Shown here one piece after another: positions 1-9,146 of a DNA stretch of 42,081 nucleotides. The notes beneath the pieces are model-generated. The model saw only the letters and a list, made by a program, of their open reading frames with translations. It searched no databases and was not told the origin of the DNA. A program made the translations under genes and the position numbers. Where the stretch lies: NCBI GenBank assembly GCA_002694585.1, contig NZMM01000094.1, forward strand, positions 1-42,081. The letters are read 5' to 3'. Every line of letters starts with the position of its first letter. Within the stretch, counting starts at the first letter, position 1. This DNA is from Methanobacteriota archaeon (GTDB taxonomy: Archaea; Thermoplasmatota; Poseidoniia; Poseidoniales; Poseidoniaceae).

Positions 1-124
1 CCGATGCAAAGAGGCCGTATTGGGGTGGCATCCCGGCGATCTCGGCATAGGCCAGCGACTGCGGAAGAGCGACAAGAGCGACCGAGATGCCCGCCACCAG
101 GTCCCCGGTGGACGGTTTCGGCAT
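1..124 (-). CDS. SulP/SLC26-family anion permease, N-terminal fragment running off the window edge
   Basis: Absent from the ORF track because it is too short. The reverse complement of 1-124 reads MPKPSTGDLVAGISVALVALPQSLAYAEIAGMPPQYGLFAS, the conserved N-terminal block of SulP permeases. The ATG is the complement of 122-124. Confidence 0.7.
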   Translation of the reverse strand, partial: MPKPSTGDLVAGISVALVALPQSLAYAEIAGMPPQYGLFAS

Positions 125-168
125 GGTGGTCAGGCCCGTCATCGCTGTTCAGCGTAGAGGATGCGGCG

Positions 169-1422
169 ATGGGCCAACGGCTAACTTTCTCCTACACTGC
201 CGACGTGACCTCGCCCGCCAACCCCGAGCTGGTCGTCCTCCAGGAGACGTGTCGGGCCCTCACCCGCCTTCGCGACGAGGCCGCTGCGCGCAGCCTCGCC
301 GAACTGATCGTGCGGCGCTACGCGAACCTCACCCGAGCCCGCGACGACGAGGCGAAACGGTCGTTTTTCGACTTTCTCGTCCGAGCGTTCGCACCCGACC
401 CCTCCGCCGTGACCGCCGCGATCGATGCGTACCAACGCGCCCCCGACGCCACAACCGCTCACGACCTCTGGGCAGCGTCGGAGGCTCCCCGGCTCGACCT
501 CTTCCGTTCGATCAACCTGGCCAACGACGGCATTCACACGCTGCTCACGATGCGGGCCGATGCCCTGCGGCTGAACGACGACACCATCGCCCCCGTCGAG
601 CGCGATCTCGCCTATCTGCTGTCGTCGTGGTTCAACCGGGGATTCCTCGAGCTGCGAGCGATCGATTGGCAGACCCCGGCGGAGACCCTTGAGAAGCTGA
701 TCGAGTACGAAGCGGTCCATGAGATCCGGGGCTGGGACGATCTCCGACGGCGACTCGAGCACGACCGCCGTTGCTACGGCTTCTTCCATCCGAGCCTGCC
801 GGCCGAGCCACTGATCTTCGTCGAGATCGCACTCGTCCACGGCTTGGCCACCCACATCGAGGCGGTCATCGACGCGCCCGTGCCGAACGAGGCCCTAGCC
901 GATCCCGAAGGCGCTCACCCTGCAGACACAGCGATCTTCTACTCGATCACCAACTGCCAAACCGGCTTGCGAGGCATCCCGCTCGGCGACTTCCTGCTGA
1001 AGCAGGTCACTGACGAACTGCAACGCACGGTGCCGAGCCTTCGCCAGTTCTCGACCCTGTCGCCCGTCCCGGGATTGCGCCGGTGGGTCGACGACGAAGG
1101 GATGCACGTCGATCCGAGCGCCGACGGTCTCCGACGACTCACCGCCGAGTACCTGCTGCACGCCAAGCGCGGCGACGAGCCTTGCGATTCGGTCGCCCGA
1201 TTCCACCTGCGCAACGGCGCACGGCTCGAGCAGATCAATGTCGGTGGCGATCCGTCACCAAAGGGCGAGGCCGAGTCGTTCGGCGTCTTGGTCAACTATC
1301 TATACGACCCCGACCAACTCGCCGAAAACCACGAGGCGTACATCAACGAGTTCCGGGTCGCCCACGCCCCCGCCGTCGGAGCCCTGCTCGACGACGAACG
1401 GCCGGACCCGATCGACAGCTGA
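169..1422 (+). CDS. malonyl-CoA decarboxylase (MCD family)
   Basis: ORF 4..1422, trimmed to the ATG at 169 (MGQRLTFSY) with GAGGA 7 nt upstream. Contains the MCD signature block AIFYSITNCQTGLRGIPLGDFLLKQV ... FSTLSPVPGLRRW. The residues upstream of 169 are Arg/Pro-rich junk. Confidence 0.85.
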   Translation: MGQRLTFSYTADVTSPANPELVVLQETCRALTRLRDEAAARSLAELIVRRYANLTRARDDEAKRSFFDFLVRAFAPDPSAVTAAIDAYQRAPDATTAHDLWAASEAPRLDLFRSINLANDGIHTLLTMRADALRLNDDTIAPVERDLAYLLSSWFNRGFLELRAIDWQTPAETLEKLIEYEAVHEIRGWDDLRRRLEHDRRCYGFFHPSLPAEPLIFVEIALVHGLATHIEAVIDAPVPNEALADPEGAHPADTAIFYSITNCQTGLRGIPLGDFLLKQVTDELQRTVPSLRQFSTLSPVPGLRRWVDDEGMHVDPSADGLRRLTAEYLLHAKRGDEPCDSVARFHLRNGARLEQINVGGDPSPKGEAESFGVLVNYLYDPDQLAENHEAYINEFRVAHAPAVGALLDDERPDPIDS

Positions 1423-1455
1423 GCAGACCGTCGGCCGGCGCCGGCCGCTACGGTC

Positions 1456-2454
1456 GTGGGCATGGCGAACCTCGTCCGTCCACCCAAGGCCCCGATCGTG
1501 CTCGACCAAGTGGTCGACGATCCCGACACAATCCGGCAGATGGCTCGCGACAACGGGCCGTACTGGCAGCCCGGCCGCACGATCGCCTCCTCGAAAGCGG
1601 CCGTCGACGTTGCTGACAACGACGGCGATGACGACGACACCGACTTCACCAACGCCATGGTCGGCCCGACCTTCCGTGGGCAGTGGGCCTTCGGTGAGCC
1701 GCAGGTCGATGGCGCGGAGGCGCTGCTCCACCACGAGGGTTTCCACGATGCTGCCCGGCGAATGTACGGCTGGGACGTGATCGTCCCCGAACAGGTCTAC
1801 GTCAACCTCACGACACCGATCGGACGCCAGGGCTTCAGCCACACCGACATCCCCGAGTTCCGGGGTGTCGATCGCCGCAACGCGCCAGCCTGGCTCCTCA
1901 CCGCGATGGGGATCAGTCGCCTGTTCGAGGCGGAACGCATCCATATCGTCACGGCGGTGGCCTGGTTCTACCGGGGCGAGGCGGGCGGCTTCCGCTACTG
2001 GCCCGAGGGAGTCGACGGGCCCTCGGTCCTGCACGACGACACCTGGAATACGGCGATCGTCGGCGACAATGACTTCATGCCGCATGAGGTGCAGCGGGTC
2101 GGGCCGAAGGGTTCGATGAAGCCGGGCGGTATGACCCTTTCGTCCGAACTCGACTACGACGGCACCGACTGGCACATCACCGATCGTGGCTCCGTGCTTG
2201 CGACCTACCCCGACGATGCCGTCCGCCTCTCGCTTTCGTGGAAAGCGAAGCTCTACCGCGACGACGCCGAGCGAGTCGACGCCGACGCAGGTATCGGTCT
2301 CACCATCGACGAGGCCATCGAACGACTGCGGATTGACCTTGCCGCCGGCGAACAGCCCGAGGAGCTCGCGGCTGACACGATCGAATCCCAGGATCTGCAG
2401 GCCCAGTTGATGCGTCGCTATTCGGCCTACGCAATCAGTGCCCCGCAGGCCTAG
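1456..2454 (+). CDS. hypothetical protein; possible cupin/Fe(II) oxygenase-like fold, family not recognised
   Basis: 332-aa ORF with good G/C third-position bias, 33 nt downstream of the MCD gene. Start is GTG 1456 or ATG 1462. The only suggestive motifs are FSHTDIPEF (H-x-D) and a later MPHEV. Confidence 0.6.
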   Translation: MGMANLVRPPKAPIVLDQVVDDPDTIRQMARDNGPYWQPGRTIASSKAAVDVADNDGDDDDTDFTNAMVGPTFRGQWAFGEPQVDGAEALLHHEGFHDAARRMYGWDVIVPEQVYVNLTTPIGRQGFSHTDIPEFRGVDRRNAPAWLLTAMGISRLFEAERIHIVTAVAWFYRGEAGGFRYWPEGVDGPSVLHDDTWNTAIVGDNDFMPHEVQRVGPKGSMKPGGMTLSSELDYDGTDWHITDRGSVLATYPDDAVRLSLSWKAKLYRDDAERVDADAGIGLTIDEAIERLRIDLAAGEQPEELAADTIESQDLQAQLMRRYSAYAISAPQA

Positions 2455-3647
2455 GCGAACTCTTCGCGCACGGCGTAGGTGATCGCTGCGCCGATCGCCA
2501 TGCACGTGGCGACCACGGCCCACATCCACGAATACCCGAACTCGTCGATCGTCCAGCCGGTCACGAGCGGGCCGAGGAACACGCCGAGGTAGATCCCCAT
2601 CTGGGTCACCCCGCTGGCGGCACCTGCTGCGTCGCCATTGGCCCGCATGATCCCGAAATTCGTGAAGACCGGCCACGACCAACCGGCGCCGAACGCAAGG
2701 AAGGTGACGACGACGTGCAGCGCGGTGATCCGGGGAGCGAGACCCAGCATCCCGAAGGCACCGACGCCGGCCATGAGTGCCGCCATGGAGTACGGGAGAG
2801 CCCGCATGGCGTCCATCCGGAGCCCCCAGAACAGACGGACACCGACACCGAACGCAGCGCCGATGCTCAGGAGCCAGCCCGACATGCCCTCACCGAGTCC
2901 GGCGTCGACGCCGGATGCGACAAGCCATGACGTGAGGCCGCCGGCTGAGAACGAGAGGAAGGCGCCACCGATCATCGACCAGTAGAGCGCTCGCCGGGTC
3001 GACACCGGTCTCGCGGTGCGGAGCGTCTCGACCCCACCTGGTTCGATCACGCGAAGGACGAGGACGAGGGCAGCACCGGCGATGCCGACCCCGAGAACGA
3101 ACGCCGACCGCCAGCCGAGCGTGAGTGCGAGGAGCGGCACCGTCGCGCCACTGATCATCGCGGCGGTGGGCATGCCGGACTGCTTGAGCGCGATCGCAAG
3201 ACCCAGACGCAGTAGACGGGCCCGGGTGAGGGCCAAATTCACGGCCGTCTGGTTCGCGGCATTGACCACGCCACACACGGCAAGCAGCGCGACGATCACA
3301 CCGAACGACTCGCCGATCGCAGCAATCAACCCCTGAGCGACCATGGTCGTGATGAGGCATCCGATCAGCTGTCGGCGCGGTCCCACGCGTTGGACCAGTC
3401 GCCCACCCAGGATCGAGGCGAAGGTCGCCGCGAGGAAGTAGGTACCCATCGCCCACCCGTAAGTGGCGGCGCTGACGCCGAACTCGTTGCGCACCTGCAC
3501 GGTGACCGCCCCGATGAGAAAGCCGGGGTACACGCAGCCGACGGTCGCCACGACCGTCGTGACGACGATCAGACGGTCCGAGATGTCGGCGGTTCGGTCG
3601 GCACTAGTCACGGTCGGCAAGATCCTCGCCGACGAGGATCGCAGCAT
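2451..3647 (-). CDS. MFS transporter
   Basis: ORF 2451..3845 shows the repeated hydrophobic helices and loop motifs (GGRLVQRVGPRR, LKQSGMP) typical of 12-TM MFS proteins. The start is uncertain: ATG 3647, or the GTG about 36 nt downstream. The first roughly 66 ORF residues are Arg-rich and non-membrane. Confidence 0.75.
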   Translation of the reverse strand: MLRSSSARILPTVTSADRTADISDRLIVVTTVVATVGCVYPGFLIGAVTVQVRNEFGVSAATYGWAMGTYFLAATFASILGGRLVQRVGPRRQLIGCLITTMVAQGLIAAIGESFGVIVALLAVCGVVNAANQTAVNLALTRARLLRLGLAIALKQSGMPTAAMISGATVPLLALTLGWRSAFVLGVGIAGAALVLVLRVIEPGGVETLRTARPVSTRRALYWSMIGGAFLSFSAGGLTSWLVASGVDAGLGEGMSGWLLSIGAAFGVGVRLFWGLRMDAMRALPYSMAALMAGVGAFGMLGLAPRITALHVVVTFLAFGAGWSWPVFTNFGIMRANGDAAGAASGVTQMGIYLGVFLGPLVTGWTIDEFGYSWMWAVVATCMAIGAAITYAVREEFA

Positions 3648-3714
3648 TCGACCCCAACCACACCAACGGACCCTCGCTTGCGCTCGTGGACGTCGAACAC
3701 CATCACGCACCACA

Positions 3715-4464
3715 ATGGCGGTCATGGACAGCCTCACCGTCGCCCGCAGCCTCCGAGGATCGATCGGCATGCTCGCCATGGCCTGGCTCCTCGACGAGTC
3801 GACCATGCGGCGAGGTGCCGAACTCGGCCTCACCGCTGAAGGCATGGGTGGTTACGCCGTCGGGCGCCTCGGTGTTCTCGGCGACTGCCCGATCGACAAT
3901 GTCGTCGGCGCTGCCTACTTCTGGGAGCCGGCGACCATGACGGCCATGGTCGAGGCGGGCCGCGCCGCAATGAGCCCGGCCGAGGGTGCGGCGGTCTACA
4001 CCCAGATCTGTCAGGAATGGGGAGCGGAGAAGCTCGCCGCCATGGAGGGGGTCGAGCGGCTCGGCGAGATCCTCGAGAAGGTCGTTGCGTCCGCGTCGCC
4101 ACTCGGCGCTCCCCTCTTCGTTGGCTGGCGCGACATGCCACGACCCGCCGATCCCGGCCCGGCCCGCACGTTCCAACTCGCACAGGTGATGCGGGAGCTC
4201 CGGTTCAGCCGTCATGCCGTCGCGATCCAGGCGGCGGGGATCGGTCCGCTTGAAGCGATCCTGTCGGGGCCGGCCGGTGCGTGGAACGCTAAGATGTTCG
4301 GTTGGCCCGAGCCCTACCCCGATGTCACCGACCTCGTCGAGGCCCGCGAGGCGGCCGAAGCCGCCACAGATCAGATGCACGCCGTCGACCTCGACGTGCT
4401 CACCGACGACGAACGCGCCGACCTTCGGGACTTGGCCAAGGCCGCCCGCGCCCACCAGGGCTGA
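3715..4464 (+). CDS. conserved helical protein of unknown function, distant paralog of 34043..34882; resembles actinobacterial SCO6745-like/SalK-like proteins, family name uncertain
   Basis: ORF 3463..4464 trimmed to ATG 3715 (MAVMDSLTVARSL). Shares architecture and blocks with the second copy: LGL..Y..GR.G.LG, FY/YFW..P, PL..GWR, and ..REL/WR..H..A......P.EA.L. Confidence 0.6.
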   Translation: MAVMDSLTVARSLRGSIGMLAMAWLLDESTMRRGAELGLTAEGMGGYAVGRLGVLGDCPIDNVVGAAYFWEPATMTAMVEAGRAAMSPAEGAAVYTQICQEWGAEKLAAMEGVERLGEILEKVVASASPLGAPLFVGWRDMPRPADPGPARTFQLAQVMRELRFSRHAVAIQAAGIGPLEAILSGPAGAWNAKMFGWPEPYPDVTDLVEAREAAEAATDQMHAVDLDVLTDDERADLRDLAKAARAHQG

Positions 4465-4481
4465 TCCAGAATCGAGTCCCT

Positions 4482-5645
4482 ATGACCTCCGACAGCCACA
4501 ACGACGCCGGTTTCGATCTCGACCAGGTCGACCGCCTCCTCACCACGACCCGCTCGGTACGCAAGCGACTCGACTTCGATCGCGACGTACCCGACCGCGT
4601 GATCTTCGATTGCATCGACCTGGCCGAGCAGGCACCGAGTGGCGGCAACGACGCAAGTCGCCGGTGGATCGTGATCAAGGACGAGGCCACCAAGCGCAAG
4701 CTCGGCGAGATCTACGCCCGCAACGGCGAGTTCATGATCAATGTGGCCGATCGCCTTGAGGGCAGTGGCCACGGCAAGGAGAAGGTCTTCAGCTCGAGCG
4801 CCTACCTGGTGGAGAATTTCGCCAAGGCGCCGGCGCTCGTCATCGCGGCGATCTGGGGCATCCACGACAACTCGGGCCGTCCCGGCCTGTTCGACTCGGT
4901 GATCCAGTCCGCGTGGAGCTTCAACCTCGCACTACGTTCGCGCGGCCTCGGCAGCACGTGGACAACCCTGCTCAACGCGAGTGTCGACGAGCTCGCCGGC
5001 ATCCTTGGCATCCCCGACGGCATCACCACGATCGTGACCTTTCCGGTCGCCTACACGAAGGGCACCGAATTCAAGCCCGCCGCCCGACGTCAGGCCGAGC
5101 AGATCACCTACTTCGATCGATGGGGTTTCACGAAGGCCCGCGCGTCCGAGGACGGGGGCGTCAACTTCGAGGACGGGCTCGGTGTGGTGGCCGAGGTCGA
5201 CATCGAGGCGACCCCTCGGAAGGTCTGGCCCTTCATCAGCGACATCGAGTTCCCGGTGGACGCCAGCGAGGAGTTGCAAGGCGCAGCGTGGAACGGTGAG
5301 GCGCGGGGCCTCGGCGCCACGTTCACAGGCCACAACAAGCTCGGAGACATGGAGTGGTCGATCGAAAACCACGTCACCGACTATGTGGAAGGCCGCGTCT
5401 TCGAGTGGGGCACAGTCGACCCGGCGAATCCGGGTGGACGTTGGCGGTTCGAGATCATGGACCAGGGCGTCGGAAGTCGGCTGCGGTTCTCGATGGAGAT
5501 CGGTACTGAGAACAACCTGACGATCGGGTTCGCCGAGGCATCGGAGAATCCGGTCGCGGTGATCAATGGGCGGCGCAAACAGATCCGCAGCAACATGCAA
5601 CGGACCTGCGACGCCATCAAGGCCGCCGTCGAAGCAGCGAACTGA
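4482..5645 (+). CDS. nitroreductase-family domain fused to a C-terminal SRPBCC (START/polyketide-cyclase-like) ligand-binding domain
   Basis: ORF 4302..5645 trimmed to ATG 4482 (MTSDSHNDAGF). The N-terminal ~230 aa are nitroreductase-like (TTRSVRKRLDFDRDVP ... APSGGNDASRRWIVI ... LALRSRGLGSTWTT). The C-terminal ~150 aa are SRPBCC-like (VVAEVDIEATPRKVWPFISDIE ... RWRFEI ... SRLRFSMEI). Confidence 0.75.
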   Translation: MTSDSHNDAGFDLDQVDRLLTTTRSVRKRLDFDRDVPDRVIFDCIDLAEQAPSGGNDASRRWIVIKDEATKRKLGEIYARNGEFMINVADRLEGSGHGKEKVFSSSAYLVENFAKAPALVIAAIWGIHDNSGRPGLFDSVIQSAWSFNLALRSRGLGSTWTTLLNASVDELAGILGIPDGITTIVTFPVAYTKGTEFKPAARRQAEQITYFDRWGFTKARASEDGGVNFEDGLGVVAEVDIEATPRKVWPFISDIEFPVDASEELQGAAWNGEARGLGATFTGHNKLGDMEWSIENHVTDYVEGRVFEWGTVDPANPGGRWRFEIMDQGVGSRLRFSMEIGTENNLTIGFAEASENPVAVINGRRKQIRSNMQRTCDAIKAAVEAAN

Positions 5646-5705
5646 CCGGGTTTCGACTGCGGCGAATGCGGTCGCCCAGGTCGAGAACTCGCGGCGAGGA
5701 AGCCG

Positions 5706-6950
5706 TCAGCTGTTGTGGGGCACGTAGCGGTTGCCGGCGTCAGGGTTGTCCGATGCGGCGATCCGCTCCTGAACGTCGGTCAGCTCGCTGCGGGCTTCCC
5801 GGCTGTAACGCGGGTTTGCCGCGACTTCGTCGCCGGGCAGCGGCGGCAGCGTGAAGCTCGTGTAGACGACCTTGCGCGGATGCGCCGACGGTGGATACGC
5901 CCGGTGCAGCGTGTCGCTGCAGTGGATGGTGAGATCCCCGGTGGTCGTCTCAAGCAGCTTCGCCGGCAGGTCGAGTCGCTTGTCGCGCACCGATGCGGTG
6001 GTGTTCGCCCGATGGGACCCTGCGACGACGCCGAGTGCACCACTGACCCGATCGGCGCCCGTGACCGAGATGCCGACGGTGAGGCTGTTGCACATATAGC
6101 TGTGCAGCCCCTGACCGCAGTCCTTGTGCCAGGGCAGGTCGGAGAGACCGGCGACGATATCGAGCGGCTTCACCAGCCCTTCGCATTTGGTCGGGGCCCG
6201 ATGGCCGTCTCCGGTGAGATCGGCGAGGCGAGTGAGCCGTTCGTCGGCGAGCGTGGCTCGAACAGCTGCCGACTTCTCCTGGAAGTTCAGCGAGCGGACC
6301 GCAACCTGCGTGCCGTCGGCGTCGGTGCACCACCAGTACTCCGGATCGGCATCGCGCGCCGCAGCGATCGACTGGTCGATGTCGGCTTCGATCGCTGCCA
6401 TCTCCGACGGGTCGAACACGTCGTGGAGATGGAGGAACCCGGCCTCGGCGAGAAAGTGGGCGAGTTCCTCCGGGTCGTCGTCAAGGCCGAATCGACGGTC
6501 GAGGTCGAGCGGTTCGCCGTCGAGATCGCGCATGACAACCGCACCGGGCTCATGCACCGGCCGGCCTTCGCAGAGCGCACGCAACGCCGGCTCCCAATGG
6601 ATCCATTCGTCGAGTGACCCAGCGGTGATCTGCACCCGGGAGGTCATCGCCAGGCCCATCGTCGACTGTCGATCCTGGAGGAGATCGGAGAGGGCGTCAG
6701 CCTCCAACTCGGCGACGATCCCGGCCCGATCGACACCGTCGACGACCGACAGCGTGTCCCCCTCCGCCATGAGGGTGACGGCCCGGTCACCGACTCGAAG
6801 GCCGAGCGCTGGGAGCTTCTTGAACCGCACGCCTCGCGCGGCGAGAGGACCGTGGTCGGCGAGCAACGCCGGCACCATCTCATCGAGCGCCTGGTCGGCA
6901 TCGAGTGCGACCTCGTCGACGTGGAGCCGACACCGGTGATCGACCGTCAT
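5706..6950 (-). CDS. phytanoyl-CoA dioxygenase (PhyH) family Fe(II)/2OG oxygenase with an N-terminal SCP2-like extension
   Basis: ORF 5706..7004 trimmed to ATG 6950 (MTVDHRC) with GAAGGGAGA upstream. The PhyH core shows GFLHLHDVFDP, LPWHKDCG (H-x-D) and TIHCSDTLHRA (distal His). The first ~130 aa (..QSTMGLAMTSRVQITAGSLDEWIHWEPALRAL) look like an SCP2 sterol-carrier fold; that part is low confidence. Confidence 0.7.
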   Translation of the reverse strand: MTVDHRCRLHVDEVALDADQALDEMVPALLADHGPLAARGVRFKKLPALGLRVGDRAVTLMAEGDTLSVVDGVDRAGIVAELEADALSDLLQDRQSTMGLAMTSRVQITAGSLDEWIHWEPALRALCEGRPVHEPGAVVMRDLDGEPLDLDRRFGLDDDPEELAHFLAEAGFLHLHDVFDPSEMAAIEADIDQSIAAARDADPEYWWCTDADGTQVAVRSLNFQEKSAAVRATLADERLTRLADLTGDGHRAPTKCEGLVKPLDIVAGLSDLPWHKDCGQGLHSYMCNSLTVGISVTGADRVSGALGVVAGSHRANTTASVRDKRLDLPAKLLETTTGDLTIHCSDTLHRAYPPSAHPRKVVYTSFTLPPLPGDEVAANPRYSREARSELTDVQERIAASDNPDAGNRYVPHNS

Positions 6951-7048
6951 GCGAGTCTCCCTTCGACGATGGCGGTGAGATGACGGTACGCCGCGGCAGG
7001 GCACACCTCAAGCGAGCAGCGACCGGGCCACCGATCCGAACACCGTAA

Positions 7049-9133
7049 TCAGGGACAGAGATGTTCCAGGAGAAAGGCGTAGATGTCCGCCGACTCCTCG
7101 ATGAGCTTGGCGGTCGGCTTGCCCATGCCGTGACCGGCACGGGTCTCGACCCGCTCGAGTAGGGGCTGCTCAGAGCCGCCGCCGGCCTGATGTTGGATCT
7201 CGGCGGCAAACTTGTGGGCGTGCATCGGCACGACACGGTCGTCGGACTCGGCCGTCATGATCAGCAGCGGCGGGTACTCGACGCCCGACTCGACGTTGTG
7301 GAGCGGTGAGTACTCGATGAGCCACTCGAACGCCTCGGGGTCGGCAGCATCGCCGTACTCCACGGTCCAGAAGCGACCGGCAGTGAAGTGCTGGAAGCGC
7401 AGCATGTCGATCACCGGCACCTGCGAGATCACGGCGCCGAACAGGTCGGGCCGCTGCAACATCGTCGCCGCCGTGAGCAGGCCGCCGTTCGAACCACCTC
7501 GGATCCCAAGCGTCTCGGCGGTGGCGATGCCCTCGGCGAGCAGGTGCTCACCGCAGGCGATCAGATCGTCGAACACCTGCTGCTTGTTGCCGAGCGAACC
7601 CTGCTCGTGCCACGGCTCACCGTGCTCGGAGCCGCCCCGAAGGTTGGCGACGACGACGATGCCGCCCGCCTCGAGAAACGCAAGTCGGGCCGGGCTGTAG
7701 GTCGGGGTGAGGTTGATCGTGAAACCGCCGTAGCCGTACAGCTCGACCGGTCCCGGGAGTTCGGCATCAGCGCGACGGACGACGAACATGCCGACCTCGG
7801 CGCCGTCGGTCGACACGGCGTGCATGCGTTCCACGACCAGATCAGACGGATCGATCGGCGGCTTGCTCCCCGCCCACACCTCGGTGACACCGTCCTGTGC
7901 TCGCAAGACGGTGGGGGGCTCGACGAACGACTGATAGCCGAGGAAGACGGCCGGTTCGACGAAGCGACCGGCGAGCCCAGTAATCGTGCCGAGCCCCGGC
8001 AGCGGAAGGGAACCGAGCTCGGTGCCGTCGGCCGAGTAGCGGGTGAGTCGAGCGGAGGCCTCGACGAGGTGGTTGACAAGCAGCTCACCCGCGAGAGCCG
8101 CCGACCACTCGAGCGCATGCTCGGTCTCCGCCACCAGCGTGACCCACGAGTCGGGATCAGGCGACGCAAGATCGACGGCGACGATTCGCCCGTTCGGGGC
8201 GTCGCGGTCGGTCTGAACGAGAAGGCGGCTGTCGTCGCCGTCGGCAACATGGAGCACGACGTCGTGGGCGGCGACACCCCGTTCGACCAGCCGAACCCAT
8301 ACAGCCGGATCGACGGTGCCGCCGGACGAGATCGTGTCACCGTGGACGGCCAGGTCGAGATACAGCAGGCCATTGCGCCGATCGGTGCCGAGCACGTCGG
8401 CGAGCACCAGGTAGCGCAGATCTTCGGTGAGTTCGACCATGTAGATGGGCTCGGGGTCGTCGTCGTTGTGGAAGACGAGCGGATCGTCGGCTTGCTCGGT
8501 GCCGATGCGGTGGTAGTGCACCGAAGGGTCCTTCACCGGCGCCGTCGACCCGGGTTTGGTCTCGGGCCAGCGCACATAGAAGAAGCCATCGCCCATCCAG
8601 GCGATGCTCGTGAACCGCAGATGATCGAGCCGGTCGGCGAGATCCTCCCCGTTGTCGGTGCGGCGAATGGCGAGTTGCTGACGGTCACTGCCCGCCTCGG
8701 CGAGCAGGTACGCGAAGAGACGGCCATCATCGGACAGTGCCGAACCGACGACCGCCACGGCACCGTCGTCGGACAGCGTGTTCGGATCAAGCAAGACGAC
8801 CGGTTCGGCAGCACCGTGCTGCACCCAGTAGGTCGGCTGGTCGGCGAGGCCGTCGTTGTGGCTCCACACCATCACCCGGTCGGCGCCTTCTCCGCGCACC
8901 TGTGGCGGTTCCGTGCGGGGGATGTCCCACAGTTCGGTCATGCGCTCGATGAGACCGACCCGGTCGGGAAGCCCGGCGAGATACGGACCGGACACGGCGT
9001 TCTGGGCGGCGACGAAGGCGGCGGTCTCGTTCGAGTCGAGGTCCTCAAGCCACCGGTAGGGGTCGGCGATCTCGCGCCCATGGTGGAGATCGACCACATC
9101 ACCTCGACGTGCGGGGGGATAGGTGAAGGTCAT
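7049..9133 (-). CDS. prolyl oligopeptidase (S9A serine peptidase)
   Basis: 694 aa. N-terminus is YPPARRGDVVDLHHGREIADPYRWLEDLDS. The catalytic Ser lies in GIRGGSNGGLL, the Asp in ESDDRVVP and the His in RAGHGMGKP. Confidence 0.92.
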   Translation of the reverse strand: MTFTYPPARRGDVVDLHHGREIADPYRWLEDLDSNETAAFVAAQNAVSGPYLAGLPDRVGLIERMTELWDIPRTEPPQVRGEGADRVMVWSHNDGLADQPTYWVQHGAAEPVVLLDPNTLSDDGAVAVVGSALSDDGRLFAYLLAEAGSDRQQLAIRRTDNGEDLADRLDHLRFTSIAWMGDGFFYVRWPETKPGSTAPVKDPSVHYHRIGTEQADDPLVFHNDDDPEPIYMVELTEDLRYLVLADVLGTDRRNGLLYLDLAVHGDTISSGGTVDPAVWVRLVERGVAAHDVVLHVADGDDSRLLVQTDRDAPNGRIVAVDLASPDPDSWVTLVAETEHALEWSAALAGELLVNHLVEASARLTRYSADGTELGSLPLPGLGTITGLAGRFVEPAVFLGYQSFVEPPTVLRAQDGVTEVWAGSKPPIDPSDLVVERMHAVSTDGAEVGMFVVRRADAELPGPVELYGYGGFTINLTPTYSPARLAFLEAGGIVVVANLRGGSEHGEPWHEQGSLGNKQQVFDDLIACGEHLLAEGIATAETLGIRGGSNGGLLTAATMLQRPDLFGAVISQVPVIDMLRFQHFTAGRFWTVEYGDAADPEAFEWLIEYSPLHNVESGVEYPPLLIMTAESDDRVVPMHAHKFAAEIQHQAGGGSEQPLLERVETRAGHGMGKPTAKLIEESADIYAFLLEHLCP

Positions 9134-9146
9134 CTCCGAAGGCTAG

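Noticed and set aside
1300-2682. Long antisense or alternative-frame ORFs. Examples are 1300..2682 (-), 7388..9205 (+), 12360..13676 (+), 19258..20535 (-), 26155..27573 (+), 28392..29555 (-) and 30896..32467 (+).
   Set aside because: Their translations are Arg/Pro/Gly/Asp-rich and low in complexity, with no recognisable motifs. Each lies opposite or out of frame to a gene with strong family signatures. This is the typical stop-codon-poor artefact of GC-rich DNA.
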